Of a stretch of DNA of 64,000 nucleotides, positions 8,053 through 17,533 are shown in pieces. A program made the translations under genes and the position numbers. Origin of the DNA: a virus; IMG/VR virus record IMGVR_UViG_3300046318_000171, positions 27,239 to 91,238 of that record. The stretch is one strand, 5' to 3'. Numbering within the stretch: position 1 is the first letter of the stretch; every line of letters begins with the position of its first letter. A model generated the notes under the pieces. That model saw only the letters and a list, made by a program, of their open reading frames with translations, was not told the origin of the DNA and ran no database searches.

Positions 8053-8342
8053 TGGATGAACTAATAGACGACTCAGTCGACTTTACGCAAGCAAAGTGTG
8101 CGACTAAATCTGATGCTTGGGAAATCTTCTTCCCAGAAGGCAAGGAAGTACCAGCCAAGATTCGCTACGCTAAGGCCCTATGTGGTCAGTGCCCGGTTGC
8201 TATTGCCTGTCTTACCAAGGCTATGGGCATGGGTGCCGAACTACACGGTATCTGGGCCGGAACTACTCAGATTGAACGCAACCGTATGCGCAAGGACTTG
8301 AACTTGCTTGAGCTTCACGTCAAGAGTTTGCCAACATCCTAA
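8052..8342 (+). CDS. whiB: WhiB family transcription factor
   Basis: C..FFP..AKALCGQCPV..C..GIWAGT. Confidence 0.92.
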   Translation: MDELIDDSVDFTQAKCATKSDAWEIFFPEGKEVPAKIRYAKALCGQCPVAIACLTKAMGMGAELHGIWAGTTQIERNRMRKDLNLLELHVKSLPTS

Positions 8343-8351
8343 TGGGTAAAA

Positions 8352-8385
8352 GAAAACCCCCCTGTGTAATAGCAGGGGGGTTTTC
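8352..8385. terminator. Bidirectional intrinsic terminator between the convergent arms
   Basis: GAAAACCCCCCTG/CAGGGGGGTTTTC perfect 13-bp inverted repeat with A- and T-tracts on either side. Confidence 0.9.
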
Positions 8386-8394
8386 CACTAACGC

Positions 8395-10440
8395 TTATGC
8401 GTTGTCTTTAATCAACTTAATCTCACAAGCGTCTGTGGTGCAGTAAGCCTCGCCAATAGCGTCGATACCTAGTCCAGCATAGACTCCAGAGAAATCAATA
8501 GGGAACAACTGCTTTGAGTACTCATCATACACGTCCTCAGTAATCTGAGTGTACGGCATCTGAGGGTACGTGTCATTGCCCATAGGCAAGAACGACACAG
8601 TCTTCAACTGACCATCGTACATGTGCAGCGCAGTACCTACCGAGTCCGATTCCTTTTCAGCATCAAAGGTTACAGTAACCGACACCGAGTTGTCTGACCA
8701 GTAACGCTGTGCCTGAGCAGCCAACGCCATCTTCTCGTAGATTGAAACTTCCTTCTCTGAACGCTTAGCGTCAGACTTGATAGGGAAGAATACAACAGAC
8801 GTAGTGTCTGGAGACTCTGACGCCGGTTCAATACGGTACTGAGCCATCTTAAACAACGCCAACATAGGGTCGCTGTTCGAGAAACGAATAGCACGCAAGA
8901 AGAATTTACCACCCGCAGTCCAGTGAACACCTGGACTTTCGCCAGCCAAAATAGACACAGTGCCTGAAGGCTTAACCGTAGTCATCTTAATTGACTCACG
9001 GATACCTAGCCATTCACTGTACGTCTTGTCGTACTCCTTAACCACACCATAACCTTCATCCATCCACTCACGTAGAGTCTGCATACCACGGTTGTCTGCG
9101 AAGTTAGCCACGCCACTGATTGATGTACCAATGCGGCGGTTGCGCTGCATAATTGCGTTGGTCTCTTCCCAGTGGGTAGGTAGCAAGGTCACAGTCTTTG
9201 CGTAGAGGTAAGCAAACTTGAGGGTACGCTTGAAGTCCTCTAGGCTGTCGTGACGGTTCAAGTAGGTCTCAACCAAGGTGCACATCTCAAAGCTTTCAAG
9301 GCTCTGCTCTGCACAAGGGTTGTAGCCAACTACACGGCGGTCCTTGTTGTTTACCGGGTCGGCAAGACGGCCATACTTACGGCTAACATCCATCCAGATA
9401 ACTCCTGGCTCACCGTTACGAACAATTCCGTCAACAATTGGCGAGAAGTCAGTGCCAACACAAACATCAACGCTGTTGTTCGACATCCATGCCCAGCCTG
9501 GGTTGTTAGGGTCGTACGAGTTACGGTCAGGGAATACATCAGCGTTCTTAAGGTTCAAGAAGTCTGCGTCGTCAATACGGCCAATCAATAGCTCCGCTGA
9601 ACGACGTACGTTACCTGAAACTACACAGACACCAATCATGTTGCCGATGTCTGCAATGTCCTTACGAGTTAGCTGCTCACCAGCACGGCCAATGAACATC
9701 TTGCGGATGTGTGCGTGCAAACGCTCCAACGGCTCACTACCTGCTGCGGTTCCACCAAAGGTCTTGATAGGAGCACCGTATGGGCGAATCTGTGAGTAAT
9801 CAAACTCAATCAACTTCTGCTCTGGCTTTAGGAACGAGTTAATCAACGCTACGGTTGACTCCTGCCAGCCTTCACGAGTGTCTGGGATTTCGTAGCTAGA
9901 TACGCCTGATGGCTCGTAAATCTCGAACCCCTTGTCCGCACCCTTGTCATCGAACCCTACACCAACGCCTAGCATCGACGCTTCCATTAGGAAACCAAAT
10001 GGCTTGGCTGGGTTGTTCTTGGTCATTTCGTTAGTTGAAACAAACGCACAGTTCTGTAGGGCTGCTGAATTCTTCTGGGTGTTAACAATGTCAGTGCCCA
10101 TTACCCATAGGCCACGGCCCGGTGGAGTCCACTTCAAATTGAATAGGCGGTCAAACGCCTCTTTTGCTGATGCTGCCGCTTTTGCGTCGCTCCATGGAAG
10201 GCGGCTAGACTTAGCCCAGTCCTTCTGCAATGAATACATGCCGTTGATTACACGCTCACACACTTCCGCCCAAGTTTCCTTGGTGTCGTCTTCTTTCTTA
10301 CGGCTGTATGTTCTGAGGAATGTAATCTCGCCTACTGAGTTTCCTGCTACGTCTGCGTAACCAAACGGCGGCTTCTTGTCCTTGTAACCTGCGACGAACT
10401 CGCTCGCTAACTGGAATGAAAAATTAGTCATAACCACCAT
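8395..10440 (-). CDS. nrdJ: Class II adenosylcobalamin-dependent ribonucleotide reductase (monomeric RTPR type)
   Basis: PPGRGLW, NCAF, GNVRRSA, NPCAEQ, TVKPSGT, C-terminal CxxxxC. Confidence 0.93.
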   Translation of the reverse strand: MVVMTNFSFQLASEFVAGYKDKKPPFGYADVAGNSVGEITFLRTYSRKKEDDTKETWAEVCERVINGMYSLQKDWAKSSRLPWSDAKAAASAKEAFDRLFNLKWTPPGRGLWVMGTDIVNTQKNSAALQNCAFVSTNEMTKNNPAKPFGFLMEASMLGVGVGFDDKGADKGFEIYEPSGVSSYEIPDTREGWQESTVALINSFLKPEQKLIEFDYSQIRPYGAPIKTFGGTAAGSEPLERLHAHIRKMFIGRAGEQLTRKDIADIGNMIGVCVVSGNVRRSAELLIGRIDDADFLNLKNADVFPDRNSYDPNNPGWAWMSNNSVDVCVGTDFSPIVDGIVRNGEPGVIWMDVSRKYGRLADPVNNKDRRVVGYNPCAEQSLESFEMCTLVETYLNRHDSLEDFKRTLKFAYLYAKTVTLLPTHWEETNAIMQRNRRIGTSISGVANFADNRGMQTLREWMDEGYGVVKEYDKTYSEWLGIRESIKMTTVKPSGTVSILAGESPGVHWTAGGKFFLRAIRFSNSDPMLALFKMAQYRIEPASESPDTTSVVFFPIKSDAKRSEKEVSIYEKMALAAQAQRYWSDNSVSVTVTFDAEKESDSVGTALHMYDGQLKTVSFLPMGNDTYPQMPYTQITEDVYDEYSKQLFPIDFSGVYAGLGIDAIGEAYCTTDACEIKLIKDNA

Positions 10441-10603
10441 TTCTTGAATTGTCTGAATACCCCGATTGGGGGACTTCTATTGTCGGTGGTTTTACTCTAC
10501 AGTGCTTCTACTAATTTGGTCAAGAACCAAAATACTTCACCCAGTTTTGAATGCCATGCTGTTCCAACACTCAATACCGCCTAATATCAGATAGCCCGTA
10601 AAC

Positions 10604-12079
10604 CTAGTTCTCTATCTGATTACGGATAATCATGGTGGTTTTCTCTTCGCCTAACCCTGCCTGCTGGTCCTTAACGGCCTGCACACGGTCACCAAAAATC
10701 GCACTCAAAACACCCTGTCCAGCACTACGCTGCGCAGTAATCTGGATGAACTCTTTGTTCTCGTCCAGCTCTTTAATATTCTTCAACATCTTCTGATAAC
10801 GGTCAATCTCTTGCGACACGTTTGGGTCTGCGTATCCACCGTTCAATTCTTCTGCAAACCGCATAAACATTACTCTCTGGGCCTGCATCTCCAACATTGC
10901 GGTATTCAATGCACGCAACTGTTCAGGGGTCTTAACCTCTACTGGCAGACTAAACGCACAGGTGTTTTGCGGCTTAAATGCAGGGCAATTTGACGCTACA
11001 AAACAGGTGTCGCACTGGCGCAAACTGGTCACATTTGAACTAACAACAACGCTGTCTTTGAGGACATCAACACCGTTTTCGGTTTCCACAACCTGCTTGA
11101 CTTGGTACCCCAAAACAGGCATTGAAACGACCTCTTCTGGGTCTCTTTGGACCACTTCTGAGCGTTCAACTTTCCGCATCTCCGACCCACTGTTATTAGA
11201 CGACCCCCCACCCATTTCCATCAAACCCGTGTATAGGGTGTCGTCACTCTTATCAGATAGGAACGGGTTATTATTGGTTGTCATGTTGCCTTCTAACTGT
11301 AAATATGACCAAACGGCTACTTTAGTCGCTTCGGTTGTGTCGTCGTCTACGAACTTTTTGAAATCTAGCCCAGCTCGGTCCAACGTCGCCTTGTATCTCG
11401 GTCGGGCCTGGGCTTTCATTTTTTTTGGGTATCGAACCAGCTTCATTCCATCCCAAATGATTGTCTCACCATTTCTCATTGGTGACAACCACGACAGTGT
11501 GCTTGTGGTTGTAAACGGAATACTCCTCAGGTTATCCGGTTTGGCCACTGCAAGGCCGTGGAACCGTGTTTGATACTTTTGGACTAAACTACGTGTAATC
11601 CCCGCTAATGCCGTCACAGCGTCTACAGCGGCTCCTGGGAGGGCAATGTTCTGGTACTCCTCTGCCCACTGACTTATCACCGGCAAACCGTACGCTTCGT
11701 GCCACACCACCCACAACTTAGGGTCGTTCTCAAATGCGGCTCGTTGCTGCTTAATCCACGGCAATCCCATTACCTGGCTGTCAAACTCAACCCAGCCCTC
11801 AATACGGTCGTAATTTAGGGCGATAAACTCTTCATACTCGGCCGCATAATCCTCTAACTCGGCCCTTGACAGGTTGGCTTTATCCGCCTGAGTTGCCCCC
11901 GAGTCTACCCACACTTTCATCTCTGGCAGGAAATGCTCACCAATTAGATACGCCTTGTTCTTAGGCAACCCACGCTTCTTCAACCCCCAGTAATTCAACA
12001 TTACGTGTTGAACACCGCTCTTCTCCAATAGGGTGCGGTTTGACGGGATTTCTACGCCCCCAAAAATTACCCTACTCAA
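10604..12079 (-). CDS. TGT/DpdA-like TIM-barrel domain fused to a Cys4 and helical C-terminal domain
   Basis: VWVDSGA, WVEFD, VVWH, IALPG, RFHGLA, PF...S..SW; C-terminal CDTC..CP..C. Confidence 0.6.
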   Translation of the reverse strand: MSRVIFGGVEIPSNRTLLEKSGVQHVMLNYWGLKKRGLPKNKAYLIGEHFLPEMKVWVDSGATQADKANLSRAELEDYAAEYEEFIALNYDRIEGWVEFDSQVMGLPWIKQQRAAFENDPKLWVVWHEAYGLPVISQWAEEYQNIALPGAAVDAVTALAGITRSLVQKYQTRFHGLAVAKPDNLRSIPFTTTSTLSWLSPMRNGETIIWDGMKLVRYPKKMKAQARPRYKATLDRAGLDFKKFVDDDTTEATKVAVWSYLQLEGNMTTNNNPFLSDKSDDTLYTGLMEMGGGSSNNSGSEMRKVERSEVVQRDPEEVVSMPVLGYQVKQVVETENGVDVLKDSVVVSSNVTSLRQCDTCFVASNCPAFKPQNTCAFSLPVEVKTPEQLRALNTAMLEMQAQRVMFMRFAEELNGGYADPNVSQEIDRYQKMLKNIKELDENKEFIQITAQRSAGQGVLSAIFGDRVQAVKDQQAGLGEEKTTMIIRNQIEN

Positions 12080-12557
12080 AATTCAACGTTTCTGTTCTGC
12101 TCAGACGGGCGTCCTGCGTGCGCAAAATGTTCTGTTGCTTGATGGCCTCTTCGATGTCGTTCCATGCTCGAACCTTCTTTGGGGCATCCGGGCGGAACTC
12201 TACACGGGTGTACGATGGCACACCGAACATGGCGCTTGGGATACCCATGTCAAACGCATACGCCCATAATGATGGGTCGTTGGTGATAAACAAATCTACT
12301 GGCCCTCGGCTACGGGCGAACTTAATCTGGCGTTCTTTGAGGTTCTCGTCAACTAGGCTTACTGAACCGTCAACGATACGGTCATAATCTACTACCTTGT
12401 TGTTGTCCAACCAGTGGACTATCTCAGCTTCTGTGCCTGGCCCCATGAACGTCAATGCGTTGTACACGCTGAGTGTACCAACCATCAGGATTCCTGTTCC
12501 GATTGGTTCGTCTTTTTGACCTTTGAGTACGCCGTCTATGTCTACGAGTATTTGCAT
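12072..12557 (-). CDS. HAD-superfamily phosphatase-like protein
   Basis: N-terminal ILVDIDGVL (DxD motif I). Confidence 0.65.
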   Translation of the reverse strand: MQILVDIDGVLKGQKDEPIGTGILMVGTLSVYNALTFMGPGTEAEIVHWLDNNKVVDYDRIVDGSVSLVDENLKERQIKFARSRGPVDLFITNDPSLWAYAFDMGIPSAMFGVPSYTRVEFRPDAPKKVRAWNDIEEAIKQQNILRTQDARLSRTETLNFE

Positions 12558-12563
12558 GGTTTT

Positions 12564-12569
12564 ATCCTA
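12564..12569 (-). promoter_or_regulatory. -10 element TAGGAT, 6 nt before ATG (leaderless)
   Basis: TANNNT-N6-ATG, no SD. Confidence 0.55.
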
Positions 12570-13445
12570 TTGGTTGCGGTGCAACGCCGCCCGTCTAATT
12601 AACGTACTTGTTGACGGCAATTCAACTCCGTACAACTCCTGGGCGTTGCTGGTGAGGTAACGTCGCAACGACCTCAAATCTTGAACTGTTCCTGCACGCT
12701 TGCCTGCCTGCCAACGGTAGTTGTGGAAATCTCCGTACCCTGAACCTGTTGGCGAAAACGCCATTGAACGGTTCTCGTGAATCTGGGTGTACAATGCGTT
12801 GGCCTGCTGTGCAGCTGCGGTCAATCGAACTTCTGCGTTACGCTTCATCGGCTCATTGTGGGCCATCTGAATGTCGTTCACGGCCTGGGTTACCCTTGTA
12901 CGGGCCTGTGTGGCCTGCTGACGGTCGTTCTCGACAATCTGGTCCCACTCAGCGTTCTTAGGTGCCTGGGCGTTAGGGTCCGGTGTGACGGTCCACTCGT
13001 CGTACTTCAAATCGTACGCTGCGTATGGGTTAATCGTGCGGATGTCTGTCGCAATCGGGTTGACGTAAAATGTCAACTCGTAACCGTTCCAGTTCTCTGT
13101 CTGACCGTGCAATTCCTCGTGGAATTCTTCATTCATCTGCTCAGAGATTTCCTTGTCCAACAAACCTGCAAACTCTGGGTTTGCCTTGCGGAACTGAACG
13201 AAATCGACTCCGACCAAACAGTCTAGGTCACGTGGCTCACGTGCTGCTGACCACTGGTACGATACACCGCTACCTGCTAACCAGGCGTGTGCCCAAATGT
13301 CCGAGTGGCGGTACTTCAGCGATAGAAAATCTTTTAAAACACTCAACACACCTGTTCGTGCCCATGAGCGCAGGTGACGACTCTCAAACAACTTAGGGTC
13401 TAGTTCTTGCGCAGGGGCACTGAAATAGGACGTTGGAATAGTCAT
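12567..13445 (-). CDS. Pol-beta superfamily nucleotidyltransferase
   Basis: LAGS..SY.W...DLDC motif and third acidic residue in YELTFY. Confidence 0.75.
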   Translation of the reverse strand: MTIPTSYFSAPAQELDPKLFESRHLRSWARTGVLSVLKDFLSLKYRHSDIWAHAWLAGSGVSYQWSAAREPRDLDCLVGVDFVQFRKANPEFAGLLDKEISEQMNEEFHEELHGQTENWNGYELTFYVNPIATDIRTINPYAAYDLKYDEWTVTPDPNAQAPKNAEWDQIVENDRQQATQARTRVTQAVNDIQMAHNEPMKRNAEVRLTAAAQQANALYTQIHENRSMAFSPTGSGYGDFHNYRWQAGKRAGTVQDLRSLRRYLTSNAQELYGVELPSTSTLIRRAALHRNQ

Positions 13446-13451
13446 AGGACT

Positions 13452-13457
13452 ATTCTA
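13452..13457 (-). promoter_or_regulatory. -10 element TAGAAT, 6 nt before ATG (leaderless)
   Basis: TANNNT-N6-ATG, no SD. Confidence 0.6.
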
Positions 13458-13739
13458 TTCGGCTACAGTGGTGCTTTCTGGGTTAATTCCACGCTCTTTT
13501 AGCTTGTCCTTGATGACATCTGCTGGCGTAGTTACCGGCGGCATCAGGGTAGCAATGACCTTACTGGCCACACGGTCAGCCAACAACCCCATCTCAAACT
13601 CGTCAGCAATCTGCTTGGCGGCCTGGTACACGTCGTAGTTTGTTGCTACTCGTTCCGCTACCGGCATCTCTTCTGGCATCTCTGCGTACGAGGTTAGTGT
13701 GCCATCTTTGTTAACTGTGATTAGGAAAAAAGTCTCCAT
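13455..13739 (-). CDS. Hypothetical protein
   Basis: TAATG coupling. Confidence 0.75.
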   Translation of the reverse strand: METFFLITVNKDGTLTSYAEMPEEMPVAERVATNYDVYQAAKQIADEFEMGLLADRVASKVIATLMPPVTTPADVIKDKLKERGINPESTTVAE

Positions 13740-14308
13740 TAGTACATACCCATAATCTTTCTCTTTCGCTGAACTACTTCGCCGTGGTATGGGCAGAAGT
13801 GGCAGGTGTAAATCTTTGGACCATCTAGGTGCTCAGGCTTTGGCAGGCCCAGCTCTCCACGCTCTTTGGCGGTGTCTGGCAACAGACGCTTTGATGGTTT
13901 CTGGTAATCGTCGCAGTCATTCTTTGGCTGGTTGTGTTTCATCCAGCACTCCATTGCGTCTTCCGCAAACTGCATCTTAGTTTCGTAGAATGACTTGTCT
14001 GGGTCGATGTCGTCTAGACCTCGTGACCCGCCCTTACCCAACTGGTCAAGGACTGCCCTGCGCTCTTCTGGGTTGCCCCATACTTTTACTGGGACTTTAA
14101 ATAGTTTACCAACGTGTGGGTCGCCTGAAGGAAACTTGTGCTTCTCTAGGGCAATCTCTAACAGGTAATCCTGGTCTGAACGGCCTTCGTGGTCAGGGAG
14201 TTCTTCCCATGTCTCACAAACCATGCAACGTAGCAAACGGATGATGGGCCCCTCAATTGGTTTAGAACCAATCAGGGGCTTTCCATCCGGCGAAATCAAA
14301 CCACTCAT
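13739..14308 (-). CDS. Hypothetical Cys/His metal-binding protein
   Basis: CMVC, C..H..C, CHFCP. Confidence 0.75.
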   Translation of the reverse strand: MSGLISPDGKPLIGSKPIEGPIIRLLRCMVCETWEELPDHEGRSDQDYLLEIALEKHKFPSGDPHVGKLFKVPVKVWGNPEERRAVLDQLGKGGSRGLDDIDPDKSFYETKMQFAEDAMECWMKHNQPKNDCDDYQKPSKRLLPDTAKERGELGLPKPEHLDGPKIYTCHFCPYHGEVVQRKRKIMGMY

Positions 14309-14484
14309 TAAATGGCTCCGTGACGCTTAATCCACGCCTGACCTTCTGTGGTCTTCAGGTCCTGCTCACGCTTAGCTTCAAGAGCTCTCTGGGCCTTCTC
14401 GTGGGCCTCTGAACCGCTCATTGGTCGTGGTGCATCTCCACGGGTCCACATCATAATTCCTAGGTGGGGTGCTTCAGTGCTCAT
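14308..14484 (-). CDS. 58-aa protein not in the track (MSTEAPHLG...)
   Basis: SD AAGGAG; TAATG coupling. Confidence 0.7.
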   Translation of the reverse strand: MSTEAPHLGIMMWTRGDAPRPMSGSEAHEKAQRALEAKREQDLKTTEGQAWIKRHGAI

Positions 14485-14512
14485 GTTGTTCTCCTTATCA
14501 GTGATACGAATT

Positions 14513-14541
14513 AGTGTAACCAGTTAACGGCTTCCGCACAA
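14513..14541 (-). promoter_or_regulatory. SigA-type promoter TTGTGC-N17-TACACT
   Basis: Exact 17-nt spacing in an intergenic gap. Confidence 0.55.
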
Positions 14542-14552
14542 GGGGCGTAAAA

Positions 14553-15203
14553 CTACTTTAGTTTTGCTAGCGCACGACCGGCACGCTTTGCCTGACCTTT
14601 GGTCTTGTACGTGGTTTTTCCGCTTGATAGTTTAGCAATATTGTTAATCTTACCCTTACGAACGCCAGCTTTTGAGGCAGCAGTTTTCATTTCGTCAAGG
14701 GCAGTCGCAGACTCTGTGTGAGCTTTAGTGGCCAAGTTGTCTCTCTTTAACGCCGAGGTCTGACTGGCTGTAGACATGCGGCCTGCAGCGTGCTCCTGAG
14801 TGGCGTCTTTAAGAAGCATTCCTGTGGTAACCCGAGCTGAACTGCGGCGGCCTTCTTCTTGAGATGCCATTCGCACGTTACGCTCAGCACTAGCCTTGGC
14901 GGCTTTCTTAGGGGACACTGGCTTGGCTGGGCCACCAGAAAACACACCAGAAGACTTAACTAAACGGTCTGTGTTTCGCTGCTTCAGAGTGTTAGTGTTG
15001 CTGCGACGCTCAGCGATTTCACGGATGTCGCCTTTACCAGGGGCAGGAGGGTTCTTACTCAGGCTTTCCGCACGTACACGTGCATCAGTCTTTGGATTGT
15101 TGCCTGAGGTCGTGGTAGCAAAACCACGTGCCTTACCTAGGTCGTGAGCAGTCTTGACAGGAGTCGTTGCGCCTGTGCGGCGGTCGTAAAATTCAATTGC
15201 CAT
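14553..15203 (-). CDS. Basic Ala/Lys/Arg-rich low-complexity protein
   Basis: Composition. Confidence 0.75.
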   Translation of the reverse strand: MAIEFYDRRTGATTPVKTAHDLGKARGFATTTSGNNPKTDARVRAESLSKNPPAPGKGDIREIAERRSNTNTLKQRNTDRLVKSSGVFSGGPAKPVSPKKAAKASAERNVRMASQEEGRRSSARVTTGMLLKDATQEHAAGRMSTASQTSALKRDNLATKAHTESATALDEMKTAASKAGVRKGKINNIAKLSSGKTTYKTKGQAKRAGRALAKLK

Positions 15204-15205
15204 GA

Positions 15206-15418
15206 TTACTTACCTGGGTTTACCTGTGAGTCTTCTGGGAACTCGCTGGTAACGAATCCGTAACCCCAGAATGGGTTTAGTGACTGACGGTTGTCGGTGG
15301 TCTTGATGTCACCGTCAACGTCAACGACCTGTGTATCAGGGCGGACCTTGCGGTACTTACCGTCGGTTGAACCTTCGTGTAGGCTCTCGTTCATTGAACG
15401 ACTAGTGTTGACTGCCAT
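15206..15418 (-). CDS. Hypothetical protein
   Basis: ORF fills the gap in the operon. Confidence 0.7.
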   Translation of the reverse strand: MAVNTSRSMNESLHEGSTDGKYRKVRPDTQVVDVDGDIKTTDNRQSLNPFWGYGFVTSEFPEDSQVNPGK

Positions 15419-15431
15419 TTTTTCTTCTTTC

Positions 15432-17330
15432 TTAACGTAGAACGGTGGCGTTTACTCGTGGAATTCCCACGCCTGCCATAGTTTGAAGGGTTTCACGGTA
15501 CTTACCTACCAAGTCAGAACCTGCGCCTAGGTGAGCGAGGTCCTGCACGTGAGAGCTCTCTGACCCTGCTTTAGCGAGGTACTTTGCAGCGTCAGTAGTA
15601 CGGTCCATGGCTGTACGCATGTGTCCAGCCAAAATCTGTGGGTCAGCAGAATCGTTGCTCTTAAGGTAACGGCTGTGCTCCTGGAACGCTCCTAGGGCGT
15701 TGTTTAGGTGCTGAGCTACGCTAGGGTCAACGTCTACACCCTGGCCAACCAAGTCTCTGTACGACTTCTTTACAGCGGTAAAGTGGTCGTACATGTTCTG
15801 CATCTGGCTCTTAACACCAGGTGCGTACTTAGCGGTACGTTCATCAGTTGCTTGGGTATTCTTGGCTTGCTGGTTGGCGAAGATTTGTGCACGAGTCATC
15901 TCACGCAAACTTCCCCATGACGACTTACCTTCACGCTGCTGAGTTGCACGGATGTTTGGTGCGTAAGTAGCAAACGCCTCATCTTGACGTTGCTTCTTCA
16001 ATTCCTCAAGGTCTCTTGCGGTGTTCTTCTTGTCATAACCTACAGGAGCCATAACAGGCACTGACGTGTCCTGCTCTCTTGGAGATTGCGCACCAGGAAC
16101 GTTGATGTTGTTTTTCTTCAAGTATTCTGCTGGATTTTTTTCGACTTCTGCTCTTGCAAACGCATGAGATTGTGCGGCGCTTCTCTGAACCAAGTTCTGG
16201 TTTCCTGAAGCGTATTCTGTAAAACTACCCGCATTATCAAACTTGTTTACCGCTTCTTCGTATCGTGCTTGGTGGTCTGGAGATGGGAAAGCCAACTCAA
16301 GAGTTCCGTACCTAGTTGACCCACCAAAATCACGAGGAGTTGGGCGCACTGGAACAGGGTTGTTAGCGTCGAAGTGCTGCAAAGCTGCCTGCTTGATTAC
16401 TGGTGACATACCAGCAACAGGGGTGACTGTGGCTGAGCTACGGACCATACCGATTGTTCTAGGCGGAGTCTTTGCCTCGGTGTACGCCTGAGCCTCTAGT
16501 GAACGCTCGTAACGTTCACGGGCATGCGATGCGTGGTCTTCACCGTTAGGGAACAACTCACGAGTACCAAAAGGAGCACGGTTAGTCTCGTTGATTACGT
16601 CGCCAATTCCCTTACCCGAACCTTCTTTTCTGCGCATGTGCCCAACAATTTCGTTAGCAGCATCACCATAAGTGCGGTTTTGATTGCGGTAATTGTTAGT
16701 AAAATCTCCACCACTTTGGCCAGCGATTAGGCGTAGGTGGTGAGCAGCCATGCCGATAGCTTTTGCTGCCATGTTGAGGTGGTCACCCGGAGTTCGCAAA
16801 CGCTGGTTCTTAATCTCAGCGACATCGTTTCCAGACAATGCCTGTCCAGGAATTTCGGCGTCACCCAAGTGCAGGGCACCGTACAAACCTAGCTTAGCTC
16901 CACCACCAGTTTTCCAGTTAGTTCCCTTGCCACCACGGGCAACGTTTTCTGCGTCCGCAATGTGAGCGTATGCGTTTCCAAGTAGTGGGTGAACGTGAGA
17001 GTCTAGAAGTGCTCGAGTATCCTCGTCTGCGTTGTCGTGGTGCTCATCAGCAGCGTTACTCAGCTTAGTGATGAGGTCTGACATGTGCCCAAACAAATCG
17101 TTAGGCGCAGTACCTGTGCTAGCTGCCTCAGTGTACTCTGCGACACGGTCAACTTTTTTTGCCTCTGCAGCACCCGCAGCAATCTTGTTAGTCTTAGTGC
17201 CTTTAGGTGCCATTCCCTTTACTGCAGCACGAGTTAGGCGAGCGGCCTCTGCACGCTTGGCAGCTTCTGCTGGCGACTGGCCTTTTAGGTAGCCGCCGAT
17301 TCCGCCTTGATTACCATTGTTGGTTGCCAT
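15432..17330 (-). CDS. Large Ala/Gly/His-rich protein, possibly an internal virion protein
   Basis: 632-aa ORF, no recognised domain. Confidence 0.75.
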   Translation of the reverse strand: MATNNGNQGGIGGYLKGQSPAEAAKRAEAARLTRAAVKGMAPKGTKTNKIAAGAAEAKKVDRVAEYTEAASTGTAPNDLFGHMSDLITKLSNAADEHHDNADEDTRALLDSHVHPLLGNAYAHIADAENVARGGKGTNWKTGGGAKLGLYGALHLGDAEIPGQALSGNDVAEIKNQRLRTPGDHLNMAAKAIGMAAHHLRLIAGQSGGDFTNNYRNQNRTYGDAANEIVGHMRRKEGSGKGIGDVINETNRAPFGTRELFPNGEDHASHARERYERSLEAQAYTEAKTPPRTIGMVRSSATVTPVAGMSPVIKQAALQHFDANNPVPVRPTPRDFGGSTRYGTLELAFPSPDHQARYEEAVNKFDNAGSFTEYASGNQNLVQRSAAQSHAFARAEVEKNPAEYLKKNNINVPGAQSPREQDTSVPVMAPVGYDKKNTARDLEELKKQRQDEAFATYAPNIRATQQREGKSSWGSLREMTRAQIFANQQAKNTQATDERTAKYAPGVKSQMQNMYDHFTAVKKSYRDLVGQGVDVDPSVAQHLNNALGAFQEHSRYLKSNDSADPQILAGHMRTAMDRTTDAAKYLAKAGSESSHVQDLAHLGAGSDLVGKYRETLQTMAGVGIPRVNATVLR

Positions 17331-17533
17331 TACGCCATCTTTCCTTTAATTCTTTTTGCTCGCTTAATCTCAGCACAAGGAGAGCAAATACCTAAACGAC
17401 TGTACATGTACTCCGTAGGGTTCATCACAATACCGCATGATGGGCAAGCAGATGAGCCTTTATACAGGGTAGCATTTTTTGCGATTTGAAATGCCTGAAG
17501 TTCTAAAGTTAGAGCGCCGTCTCCGTCGTTCAT
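17330..17533 (-). CDS. Small zinc-ribbon protein
   Basis: CPSC..CSPC; coupled. Confidence 0.7.
   Translation of the reverse strand: MNDGDGALTLELQAFQIAKNATLYKGSSACPSCGIVMNPTEYMYSRLGICSPCAEIKRAKRIKGKMA

Noticed and set aside
10441-10603. Cobalamin riboswitch or NrdR boxes upstream of nrdJ
   Set aside because: No B12-box or convincing NrdR palindrome could be identified; only a short CCCC/GGGG hairpin is present
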